Below, one piece after another: positions 52,001 to 61,000 of a stretch of DNA of 64,000 nucleotides. Position 1 is the stretch's first letter; every line of letters starts with the position of its first letter. The DNA comes from Basidiobolus meristosporus CBS 931.73 (lineage: Eukaryota; Fungi; Basidiobolomycota). The notes under the pieces are model-generated. The model was not told where the DNA came from. It was given only the letters and a program-made list of their open reading frames with translations, and searched no databases. The DNA lies in NCBI GenBank assembly GCA_002104905.1, contig MCFE01000168.1, positions 1 through 64,000 of the forward strand, read 5' to 3'. The translations under genes were made by a program, and so were the position numbers.

Positions 52001-55000
52001 TTAGTTTGTTATTGAGTCGCACTATTTCAGCCGGAATCCTTTTTCCCAACGCTTCGTTGAAGTTTCGTGAGAGGATATTAGTCTGTTGACTTGTCAGCTC
52101 GTAAATTGTTTTGCGTAATTCCGCTAGGTTTTGAGCGATTTCTCCTAATTTGCCGTAGTCTATTCTCCCGTCTTTGGAAAATACAGCAATGAGTTTCTGT
52201 TGCTGTCCAACCAAGGATTCTACTTTACGGTCTAATACGTGCAGCCCAGCTTTGATCTCTTCAAGATTCTTGGCCTGTTCAGGTGTAAGGCCGCCGCGTT
52301 TGAGGATCTCCAGTTGGAACTGTGCAACTTTCTCAACCATCTGGGACAACCCCGAAAGACCCTTCTTTACCTCATCTATATCTTTGACAATATACTTAGT
52401 ATCGCCATCCTGCTGCTGAATGAGATGGTCTTGCTTTTTGGAGATTTGGACAACCGCTTGGCCCAATTGCTTAAGTTGCAAGTGCAAGGCCTCAATATCT
52501 TTCAAAAGTTCCTTCGGTGCCTTGTCCCATCCGCTTTGAAGCAGGATATTCTGCTGTACTAGCACCTTCCGGATACTCTCACTAATCTTGGTTAGCACAT
52601 CTCTCAGAATGTTCAACTCTCCGCTATCCCCTTTCCCCTGGCCCAAGAGGTACTTCTGCTGGTTGAGGAGTTGGACGATGTGATTGCTGATTTCCGCTAA
52701 TTCCAAAGATAGGTTCTTGATATCGCCACCTTGTTTCTTGAAAAGAGCAGCGATCTCTTCACGAGTTACCAAGTGTCTTTGGGTTCCAATTACCTGGGTA
52801 ACCATATCGTAAAGTTTGTTCATTTGGTCGCCAAATACTCGAAGTTCTTTACCATGATTCCTTATCATGGCACTATTCTCTTGTGTAAAGCCTAGTAGTT
52901 TGTTTTGTTGATCCAGTAAGCCTCGGACATATTTTGTTAGTTGGTTCATTCCGTCATCAAGTTTCGAGAGCTCTGCTACTATCTCCTTAGAACCAACTCC
53001 CTTATTTTCGGAAATATGGTAAACAAGCTTGCGTTGTTCATTTATCATAAGCTCAATTGACTTTCTTAATTCCGATAGTTTAGCTCCCGAAATGCCAAAG
53101 AGTTTTTCGACATCGCTGCCATATTTCTCCAAAATCTCTCTTTGCTGAGCTGTCAACTGGTTTATATCCTTTCCAAGCGTGTTCAAGCGCTGGTTGACAA
53201 TATTGAAATTTCTGTCCTGGGATCGTGAGAGCTGCACCGTTAGTTTCAATAAAGAGTCCTGCTTTTTTGAAACTTCCAGAGTTGCTGTGGCCAGCCTTTC
53301 TATCTTGACGTCAATTTGTTTTGTATCACTAGCAATGTTTTTTGTAGTCTCGCCGATCTGAGAAAGTGCGGACTTCACTTCCATAAGAACAGTTTGGGTG
53401 GCTTCAGTTAATAGGCCAATTCTCTTGCTCATCTCTCGGATGCCTTCGATCCCCTTAATAGAGGTGCCACTTTGAAGGTAACGAAGGATTTCTTTTTGGC
53501 TATTAAACATTTTCTCGATGTCTCCATAGATTTTTGATAATCTTTGGGCGGTACCCTTCGCGTATTCCAAGGTTTCTTTGTCGGTGATGGAATTCTCTTT
53601 CTCAAGAGATGTCAATTCTTGGAGAAGCTTTCTCAAATTACCCATTTGACGGTTTATCCTTTTGATATCGGCTGCTTCTTCTTGAATTATTGGAGCAAGC
53701 TCTACCAGTTTGAGGGTGTAGCTCTGTTGCGTATTCAAGATCCTCACAATCTCATCGAGTTTTTCAAGCCTATTGAGAAATTTCCCCAGAGCCATATTTG
53801 TATTGCCCTTGTTTGAAACGCTTAAGAGAGCAATTTGATCCGAAGCTAGTCTCTTGACAAGAGCAGTTAGTTGATCTACTCTTTCTGCCAGCTTCTCTTC
53901 ATTCTCAAGAACTTTCTGTGAAGTACTCTCTTTGGCAACAACTTCAAGTAGTTTCCCTTGGCCGGAATAAAGCGAACTGATTGCTTGTTGGATATTGCTG
54001 AGTCGTTCGCCAAGTTTCAATAAATCGCCTTGGGAGGAGTTTTCAGCATTTTTGAGCGATTTTTCCTGGAGCTCTATCATTTGTGTCGTTTTTTCTCTCA
54101 GAACGCTCAGCTGCTCGTTTAGTTTCTTGATATCTCCTGAGTAGCTCGGCCCGTTGTAATTTCCATTAGACAAACGTCTCTGTTCCTTGAGCACAAGGGC
54201 TATGACATCGCTCAGCTGTGAAAGTTTGCCGTTAATCTTTTTGATATCTTGAGATTGGCCATTTTCGTTCATCAGAATCTGTTGCTGGTCAACTGCAACT
54301 TTCTCTATGATCTGGAGAATCTTCGAGGTCAGCTCCTCGAGTCTATCGACATCTCTATCATACTTCCCTTCATCATTTTTTGGATAGGTACGTCGTTCCT
54401 TGGAGATGCTTTGGATTGATTTACCTAGTCTATCAAGTATACCCCGGAGACTGCTGAATTCCTCACTTTGCTCCTTACTGAGTCGTGAAAAGATAGATTC
54501 CTGTTGCTGGAGTACGAGATCAACTCTTTCACGAAGCTTGGCGAGTCTACTATCCAGACCACCTAGGTTCCATTTCGCAGAGCCCGCGTCAATATTCACT
54601 GGCTTGCCATCAAGCAAATATTTCTGTTGCTTGGCAATCAGTTCTACAACTTCCACCAGCTGCTTCACTCGTGAGTTGAGACCGTTGATAGACTCAGTGA
54701 CACTTTCATCTGTAGAATGTTGATCCTTTCCGGAGCCATATCGCTTTATCAACTCTCTTTGCTCCTTAATCAGTCGGTCCACAATGTTGCTAATATCGGC
54801 GAGTCGGTAATTGATGCTTCCAATATCCTTTGTCAGTTCCTTCGGGATGGTAGCTGTTCGATATTGTTTAAGTAGAGTCTGCTGAGACTCAACCAGCGTC
54901 TGGATTATGGCTCGAAGCCTATCTAATGAGCTCGCTACTTTCCCATTCCCATCTTTAGGATAGTCGTCTCCTGCCTTCATATCCTTGTAATTGAACACCT

Positions 55001-57023
55001 TGGCTTGCTCCTCAATCAGGTAGTTGATTCTCTTTCCAAGATCATCCAATTTACCATCCATTTTCGTAATTAAAGTATATTGTTGCTGAAGCCAGGAATT
55101 GTGTTCTGAAAGTGGCGACAAAAGTTTGTCAAACTTGATCAGCTTTTCATTGAATGCTGACCATTTTTCTTCTCCATATGGCGCTTTCGACTTGATCAAT
55201 GCTGCTTGTTCTTTAAACAGACTCTGGACCACGCTCTTAAGAGTCATAATCGCTCGTGTCATGCCCTTGACATCTCGAAGGAATTCAACTGGTACACCAC
55301 TAGAGTGGTGACCTTCTAAAATCTTTTGTTGGCCATCTACAAGACCTTCACATTTGTCTTCAATACGATGGAGTAGATCAACGATCTCGGTTGACCCCGA
55401 ACTTTCGTTTTTCTCGCTGGAAGTCTCCTTGACATACCCGACTTGTTGTGATACGATCTTGTTGATCGATTCTCTGAGCAACTTGAATTCAGAAAAGATG
55501 GCCTGAATGTTCTTGCCATCCAAGTAGTGATTTCCACCTGAACCTTGCTCACTGGTTAGGGTTGTCTCTCTCTGGACCAAGGAGGCCAGTGAAGAGTTGA
55601 CCTCATTCAGCCGGAGACCAAGACCATTAATATCCTGGAAAATACGCTTGTTGACTTCAGTTTTGGCGGAACCATCATTGCGGATCCCTTCAGCGACAGT
55701 ATTCAGAGTTTCAACCAGTTGACCAATTCTTTCAGAAAGAGCCTTGAAGTTGATGCTTTGATTTTCTCTAACCTCCGATATAAGCTGGATCTCTTTCCTT
55801 TCAGCCGCACGAGATTGCTGGATACTGCCCTGTAGGAGTTGCTTAACCTGATCAAGTTCTTCTTTCAGGCGAACGATACTCGTGTTGTCTTCTTTGGATA
55901 GTTTTGAGACCTTACTAACAACATCGCTAACCTCCCTTGTAATAAGGTTAAGTCCTGATTGTAGCCCACTAAGGTTGTGGCGTATCTCCTTAAGCTCATG
56001 GTCATGTGCAGTATCGCTTTTCTCCGAATTAGTGTACCCGGAATCAATTTTATATGATCCTTCTTTACCAAGTTGGCCGACTGCACGAAGCAGCTCGGTC
56101 AGTCTAGTGTTGATCTCGGCAACATCTTTGGATGATTTTACGATAGCAATACGTTGTTCCTGAGTATTTTGCTGCTGAACGTCCGAAAGCTCAGAAACAT
56201 CACGTCTAAGCTGTTGTAGCTTGTCGTTTAATGCGCCCACTTCGTTGAAGGTCTTGGTGCTAATCGAATATGTCTTTGAAGTCTGCTCTTCAATGACTTT
56301 GTTTTGTTCAGAGATCCCACCCACCGTGCGAATAAGCTCCTCCACCTTTCCAGATAATACCGATAATTCCTTATTCGATCCGCCACCAAAGTTATAACGC
56401 TCTTTAGTGATCCCCTTGTGTCCTACGGCCGCTTCCTGAATTAAACGATCTAATTTTTCTTCAAGCCTGCTGAGGTCCCAACCAGAAGATTGGTCCTGCT
56501 TATGGAATGACAATCCCTTGCCAGCATTTCGTTCATCGATCTCCACTTCATTATCATATTCGAAATCTTCCACCAAGCTGCCGATGCCATAACCACCCTC
56601 ATACCAATCCTGAATTCCTCCTAGGAATCTCAATTGATTATCGGGAAACAGAATAATTTGCTCTTCTGGAACCTCCGTGAGATACACCTCCTCTATCACG
56701 TTGATTGGTTGTGGCGCAATAAGTCTGATGGAGTCACTATTTTGGAACACTCTGGTAACTCCATGCGCTCCTTTTTCTAGAGACTCTTCAGCATCTTCCT
56801 CAGATTCCTCCTGTTCTTTCACCGAAAGAATACTACTGTTGCCGTCATTCTTCTTTCTCAGGTATACTGAAGAGTCGTCACCACCGCCAGTATGCTTTGA
56901 TAACTCTTCACCCAGTATAGTATTGCTCAGAGCGAGTTGGCTGAATAGAAACAAGGCTGTACGCCAGTTCTTACTGGCGTTAGAGTGACGGAATTGGCTA
57001 CGTAAAATAGTGTTGGATAGCAT
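46017..57023 (-). CDS. Giant intronless 3668-aa coiled-coil repeat protein, probably secreted; function unknown
   Basis: 11-kb open frame. Possible signal segment WRTALFLFSQLALSNTILG, acidic head, several dozen heptad blocks ending L/I-x-x-x-Q-x-x-L-L, Tyr/Asp/Gly-rich tail. Confidence 0.9.
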   Translation of the reverse strand: MLSNTILRSQFRHSNASKNWRTALFLFSQLALSNTILGEELSKHTGGGDDSSVYLRKKNDGNSSILSVKEQEESEEDAEESLEKGAHGVTRVFQNSDSIRLIAPQPINVIEEVYLTEVPEEQIILFPDNQLRFLGGIQDWYEGGYGIGSLVEDFEYDNEVEIDERNAGKGLSFHKQDQSSGWDLSRLEEKLDRLIQEAAVGHKGITKERYNFGGGSNKELSVLSGKVEELIRTVGGISEQNKVIEEQTSKTYSISTKTFNEVGALNDKLQQLRRDVSELSDVQQQNTQEQRIAIVKSSKDVAEINTRLTELLRAVGQLGKEGSYKIDSGYTNSEKSDTAHDHELKEIRHNLSGLQSGLNLITREVSDVVSKVSKLSKEDNTSIVRLKEELDQVKQLLQGSIQQSRAAERKEIQLISEVRENQSINFKALSERIGQLVETLNTVAEGIRNDGSAKTEVNKRIFQDINGLGLRLNEVNSSLASLVQRETTLTSEQGSGGNHYLDGKNIQAIFSEFKLLRESINKIVSQQVGYVKETSSEKNESSGSTEIVDLLHRIEDKCEGLVDGQQKILEGHHSSGVPVEFLRDVKGMTRAIMTLKSVVQSLFKEQAALIKSKAPYGEEKWSAFNEKLIKFDKLLSPLSEHNSWLQQQYTLITKMDGKLDDLGKRINYLIEEQAKVFNYKDMKAGDDYPKDGNGKVASSLDRLRAIIQTLVESQQTLLKQYRTATIPKELTKDIGSINYRLADISNIVDRLIKEQRELIKRYGSGKDQHSTDESVTESINGLNSRVKQLVEVVELIAKQQKYLLDGKPVNIDAGSAKWNLGGLDSRLAKLRERVDLVLQQQESIFSRLSKEQSEEFSSLRGILDRLGKSIQSISKERRTYPKNDEGKYDRDVDRLEELTSKILQIIEKVAVDQQQILMNENGQSQDIKKINGKLSQLSDVIALVLKEQRRLSNGNYNGPSYSGDIKKLNEQLSVLREKTTQMIELQEKSLKNAENSSQGDLLKLGERLSNIQQAISSLYSGQGKLLEVVAKESTSQKVLENEEKLAERVDQLTALVKRLASDQIALLSVSNKGNTNMALGKFLNRLEKLDEIVRILNTQQSYTLKLVELAPIIQEEAADIKRINRQMGNLRKLLQELTSLEKENSITDKETLEYAKGTAQRLSKIYGDIEKMFNSQKEILRYLQSGTSIKGIEGIREMSKRIGLLTEATQTVLMEVKSALSQIGETTKNIASDTKQIDVKIERLATATLEVSKKQDSLLKLTVQLSRSQDRNFNIVNQRLNTLGKDINQLTAQQREILEKYGSDVEKLFGISGAKLSELRKSIELMINEQRKLVYHISENKGVGSKEIVAELSKLDDGMNQLTKYVRGLLDQQNKLLGFTQENSAMIRNHGKELRVFGDQMNKLYDMVTQVIGTQRHLVTREEIAALFKKQGGDIKNLSLELAEISNHIVQLLNQQKYLLGQGKGDSGELNILRDVLTKISESIRKVLVQQNILLQSGWDKAPKELLKDIEALHLQLKQLGQAVVQISKKQDHLIQQQDGDTKYIVKDIDEVKKGLSGLSQMVEKVAQFQLEILKRGGLTPEQAKNLEEIKAGLHVLDRKVESLVGQQQKLIAVFSKDGRIDYGKLGEIAQNLAELRKTIYELTSQQTNILSRNFNEALGKRIPAEIVRLNNKLIGLNKDVNQVQELQEKLFAQSKEDTGLIINSIDKLGARLGELGSYVKELHAEQKAILLHNTELLKQNLGKTDLLNEQVRRLDKKIETLVRIQFDLLKKVTGENGVDSKETRSILQGLSGLQNLIVQLIEQQRKLVSASLTGKLSESTLGKIEMLNDKYAQLIEIINQITTKQNALFQLSQDSNATGHHLEEEVSELNKRLLGLFEFIRRTFAEQTKVLNTREITALLKVQNQRIASLGVQLNELGNQFNRMVNEQGLIIKQLGEVSAEDTKRDRAIAQELGSLRDVVRHLVDSQKSLAGPEIASRVGKEIFKIIANLNDRMVQLGTTIRNVRDGQSLILKVLSEGGNYKQVERQLAQIRSQFAQVAEWVKRIAEEQNALLHKEEVMEILKVQTGDIQLIKQQLARFRDGIVRIVEIQNTLLRETQNGNEGSQARDTDVIKRLAELKELSEGIVNIQQIVLNSDIYKIIPKEILSQVHRINARLEKFEPAISVLVNRQESLLKLTSAEKRETTVIREGVSDVSHGIVELLKEVRQIREEQNIIISQNKEVKAALDQQLSYIQNINGRLANFAARTTEFLSKQSRLLERLLTLEDVDRKGLSEILNRVKQLQNVVASVLHWQQSLNLPEIIGSLPRALADIVRDLSGKIIRLTGDVGDLSQQQRAIAEKQDKEYSSVRQMLNILNERIGKFGNALQEIASVQTRLIHDDRVVALLSNQSKQIRGLGLDINTVRKEISLLINQQQKLLEQGYGIHQGEAANLEKIGGNIRYLTSVVDQLFKQQQLLANSQLVNQFPKRVVQDIEVLNGQVRGLTEAVREIRKLQAVLLNSQSKNNEITGDLAKNVQIISERFNQLSGSVRHILELQQAILHNEKVGPILEKFYGEFQRVDGRLSQMGELVGHILENQRTLVTTKEFQRFVRENNLDDRKIFGTLGDLHKMLQVLIEQQKDLVRPELLNAVARNLYEAIRAVGGRVSGLGDDMKRIQKEQNMILQSQGQLNVNFGKSVNGLNQQLQALHGLVRAIFEQQKNILRDEQVLKVIAERLRDLGPIKHNLSGVNERLDVLLRQQDAITQMVEKVYGVGTDISKQIIDGFNVFSRNVRQLISKQTTLLSETVVTKAPKALLGQIMSLNRQFDIMNSGIGRLFEIQKEILGHGHQEFPSKQILERLNLISQRSADLYDIAKYIAQKQDNLLNREELLAILRQQSGAIHGVDTRVEHLRKSVDSLISQQRSLLGAILQKLEKSGYSRAQIDAVLSRLVDLEKGIQFVVQKQQAFSELLVKQGNRLDEKIVDSTRFLTEKLTRLAQVVDRLFEEQRSLIAIEKENTEITKATFSGVEKLNNNLIHLDDAVQFLVKETRNIDAKVSTLLGLPQDMNQVKARLAHLSDATNRLIEQHALLFKSTSEGLGSLNQQQHVLSKDMNVKLSEIARLVSQLTRQQNQLLTVETQNSNKHSQEIAALGSKVLRIEEVVEFLLNEQRKLFTLSRNEQREQFAKLDQKLNLFGNALKQLINQQHAVMRLAGIVEKQSMAINKMGGALENLNGVIAKLVSQQQQLLVYTKQHDHAEFSEMNGRLGQLKEAVTNIISQHQTLLHREINQLRVETKQYDQEIITHFEQRINQLGSLMTHLVQEQDIILTHIKRQTLSNEKIVGAISRVSGFINDLAQLTRRLSTEQTSLIERGFTELSKQNDQGFKHMDDRLDQIGFALQRIAGTDANSLINRFELASRQQSRENREIKSRLNQITKVLEKIVTRPDLIFPNHSNDFKDLRQRVVHLDQIMVRLAEIQAEGTAKLLSLNEEQRTKVAFLLNVIPSLNESVRRLELLGATDSRRFAKELASIRESIIQCDKAILDLKGVFNQKEILVGSNMDGYEMYSGYRGKNTRTLQRRKSWNGQDSGDYFNGNSYSGHDSNWYGNTYGNSRSYNDLHDGYDYHDDYWYPGNDDFKRVINSSKKYSYDSDVNDLSDDIDDKLLTLDKYAPAKSAYANSDETDDNDSGY

Positions 57024-57283
57024 TACAACGAGCGAGGTTACAAGAATGTGTCAAGAAAAACCGAAATTACTTTCAAGGTCTATTAAAAAAAGGAATGCTA
57101 CGATAATTAAGAATAGTCGGCAAAAGCAAAGGACTCGGAAGTTAAGTTCAAAATTGGTGGGTCCTAGAAGTAAGGTTTTCTCTATACCACCTTAGTAGAA
57201 AAGTATGTTTTAATATAACCCCAAGAGTGACGAAGAAAATTTCTACGCTTGTATGATAGCTAGCTGTGTCTCCCGAGCGAGGC

Positions 57284-57291
57284 TATTTATA
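57284..57291 (-). promoter_or_regulatory. TATA box (TATAAATA on minus strand) for the 3668-aa gene
   Basis: tatttata on the plus strand, ~260 bp upstream of the ATG at 57023. Confidence 0.45.
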
Positions 57292-57962
57292 CCACATGTA
57301 CAACATTTATTCCCTAAGGATATAGCAATCCTCACAAGGAACATGAAACTTGACAGCCAGGATTTCCTCTAACGTGACGAAGATCCACGGTGTTGAATTC
57401 AACTGTTTTTGAAGTACCATCCGGCCTCGATTGTTTCAGATAATTCGGCGAGAACATATGATGTATTAGCATAGATCTTAGAGCCCACCGATTTCAATGA
57501 ATTCCAAACCAAGTGGCCTGTGGATGCTGTGATATCGATTGGTAATGCGGTGGTCTTGTTGCCTGGTTATTGATGTTAAATTGGACGCACAACCACACTA
57601 TTGTCGGGATGAAATGATCCTAAAGTAAACGATATCTTCATCTTTTGCTAATGTGTGTAAAGCAGCCATCTTCCTTGTTTCAAGGACGAAATGTTTAGAC
57701 GTATGTAACCTTATGTACAAAGGGATCAGAATTGTCTTACACATGCACTTGCGGTTTCTGGATTGTTTTCTAGTAGATATCCATAAGCATTCAACCAGAA
57801 TTAAAGCTGGCACATTGATTGCAGGTGCATATATATATGCCATTCATCGTTGCTGCTATTTTGGTTTCTCTTTAAAAACACTCAGATGGTCCACTGTTCA
57901 TCTATCCTGCAGTGAGATGCTGAATAAACACTGTTACTCTATCAACATGAGCAACTGCATTT

Positions 57963-57969
57963 TATAAAT
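57963..57969 (+). promoter_or_regulatory. TATA-like element (TATAAAT) for the paralogous giant gene
   Basis: About 110 bp upstream of the ATG at 58078. Confidence 0.45.
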
Positions 57970-58077
57970 GCGAGTAGTCATGTGTTGATCCATTAAACCT
58001 TTAATCGCGATATCTATTTGTGTATCCATTTCTATCTTCTCAGGATATTCCACACTGTTTACGTTCGGCTAGTAATT

Positions 58078-61000
58078 ATGACCCATCAAAATGGGATGAA
58101 TACTTTCAAGAGACTGCGTTGCAATTTTTACTTACTATCGCAGTTAGCTGTGGTACAATCCATTCAAGGCTCCATATACCATCACCCGACTAACAATTCA
58201 TTCGTGTCTAATGAATTCGCGCTTCATACAAACTCGAGTAATAGAGCTAACTTGTTAAGCAATATACACCTACGAAGTCAAACACGCTCTACAGATCCCC
58301 TTGACAATTGGAATACTGTCAATTTAGGGCTGGACCCATCGGGTATCGAGCTCTCACCCTATTTAGAGTCTGGGGACTATCCACTATCAGAATATGTTCA
58401 GGCGTTCTCTTGGAAAAATCCAGGCGAGCAGGTCCTACTCTTTCCGGACGGTCAACTGAGATATGTGAAATCAGCTCTACATCCCTACTCTTCTGTTGAG
58501 TCGGATAAGACGAACGTTAGGACTAGCTTGCCAAAAGATCACGGAGCGAACAAAGATGATGGGATTGCCACAAAAGAAGAATCTCTAATGTTGGATGTGA
58601 AATTGGATCAACTCATCCTGGCTTTGTCACCAGCTTTACTACACGAAAGACACCATTCCGGCATTCATTTTCAAGGGTTGCATGAAGATATAACCCAACT
58701 GAAACAAAACGTAGAGAAGCTGGAGAATGCAATCGGGATAACATCGACATCAAATCAATCGAATCAAGCCCATACTCAACTTTATGAGAAACTGAATGGC
58801 CGTAACCATAACTTCGTCGGCGCTCAAAATAATACCGATAGTCTTGAGCAGCTTCGAGATGCGTTCAGCGACATGATAATGGAGCAACAAATTTTACCTA
58901 GGGGGATAGGCGACGTTACGCCAACTGAGCTTAAGAAGATAATCGAAGACTTAACAAGTCTGTTCTCTCGTACTCACAGAATATTAGTAGAGATTGGCAA
59001 TGAAAAAGATATATTCCTTCGCAAAGACTACTCAGAAATGAAAAATTTTCAAGGAATTAACAAGCTGTCGAAACTGAAGGATATATTGGACCTGATAATG
59101 AAACTACGGGACCGCATCTTGGGGGAAGATTTTCATCAAAAACTCAGGAATTACTCGGGAGATATTAGTAAGCTTGGGGAGCAATTTATTAAATTGAAAT
59201 CTACCATGGATCTATTGGTATTGCAGCAACAATGGACATCAAAAGGAGTGAGGGCCAGCCAGCTGACTAATGATCAAGCTACTAAGCAATTAGATGAATT
59301 GTATATGGTGGCTGATCGAATAATGCAGGATCAAGAGAAGCTATTTTCCATCAAAACCAGTGGCAAGGAAGATTTAGTACTGGAAAAAGCTATTCATAAT
59401 TCTCTTAAACAGTTTGCAAAACTGACCATCGTGGTTGAGAGATTAATTGAACCGAGTGGACTTGTAAAACCCCACGGAGATCCCGGAAGTGCTAAGGTTG
59501 TTGAGAGTAGATTAACAATCATTACTCCGAAGCTTGATCTACTGAGAGATGCCATGATACAGATGAATAAGCAGCAAAATATCCTCTTGGATATCTCTAG
59601 ATATCACCAACGGATGGAATCGCAATCCCAAGATATTCGAAGACTTGAAGAACAATTGGATAGGATCCAATCAACTATGCTTGCCTTGGAGAAGAACGGA
59701 CCTCAACACCAACGAGCAAAGTTTGTTAAGGCTCATCTAGAGCAATTTAATAATCTCTTTCAAAAGGCACAACGGCTGGTGAGAGGACAATATCAGTTAC
59801 TATCACTTGTGAAATCCAATAGGTCTGAAAAACGCTTGAATAATGTCGAAACCATGAATCTGAAGCTCTATCTGCTGAACAAAATTATCGAGCAAGTCAT
59901 CAGCAATGAAAGGCCTTTGGTAAATTCAGTTAACTCTAAAGGCAGGAACATGGCGAGCAGGATTTTACAGGTCGATATCAAGATTGGCAAGCTTAATACA
60001 GCAGCTATAGAAATATCTAGACGTCAAGAGCAACTATCGGAATCTCTCAACGTCTCTTGGGGAGAACAAGATAACAACTTCAAGCTTATGAGCTATATAC
60101 TGAATAATCTGGGTTCAGGCATCAATAGATTAGTCACACAACAGCAACGACTTCTCAACGATAAGGGGTATACAAATGAACCAGCAATTAACGGAAAATT
60201 GTTGGAACTGGAGAAATCTGTGAATCGTTTGGTTGATGCACAAAGCAAATTGCTCCTTATCAAGCCAGCCAAACTCTCAGGAGAATTGATGCAAGAAATT
60301 GATTCAATGGGCGAACGTGTCAAAGAGCTCGCCAAACTCATTGAAGATTTGAATTCAAAACAAGAACAAGTTTGGAAGATCTTTAGGAATGGGAATGCAG
60401 TAAATGATTTTGAGAAGGCCCTCGCAAAGGACTTGCATAATCAATTTTTATCGCTTTCTTTTCTTGTTGATAAGTTGACTCAGAAGCAAATAGCATTTAC
60501 CACTCGAGAGGAGGTGACAAGACTTCTGAGTGTCCAAGATAAAGGAATCCAGCAACTATCGTTCGATCTTGGTCAAATTTGCAATAAGGTGGGCCAAATT
60601 TTGCGGCAACAAGAAATTCTAAATGCCAAGAATAATAGATCAAGTTCCTTGAAATTATTGTTGGATATTAGTAAGAATATCTGGCAGCTTCTGAAACAAC
60701 AAAATCTACTAGCCCGGTCCGCACATGAGAAGGATGTAGACAAGCACGCATCAAACTTGCGAAAGAAATTGGACAACCTCAAGATAATTATCAGTAAAGT
60801 ACTTTCGAGCCAAGAAAGTTTCATCCAGCCAGCATTCGCCGGCAGCGAAACTTCTTCTGTTACAAGTACTAGGGTAGGGGAGCTCGAATTGGAATTGACT
60901 GAACTAAACAATGGGCTTGATATTGCTTCCTTTGTGCAGATAGAAATTCTCAAGCAGATTGGTGTTCTCAACGATCAGCAAAACGTCAAAAGCATAAACT

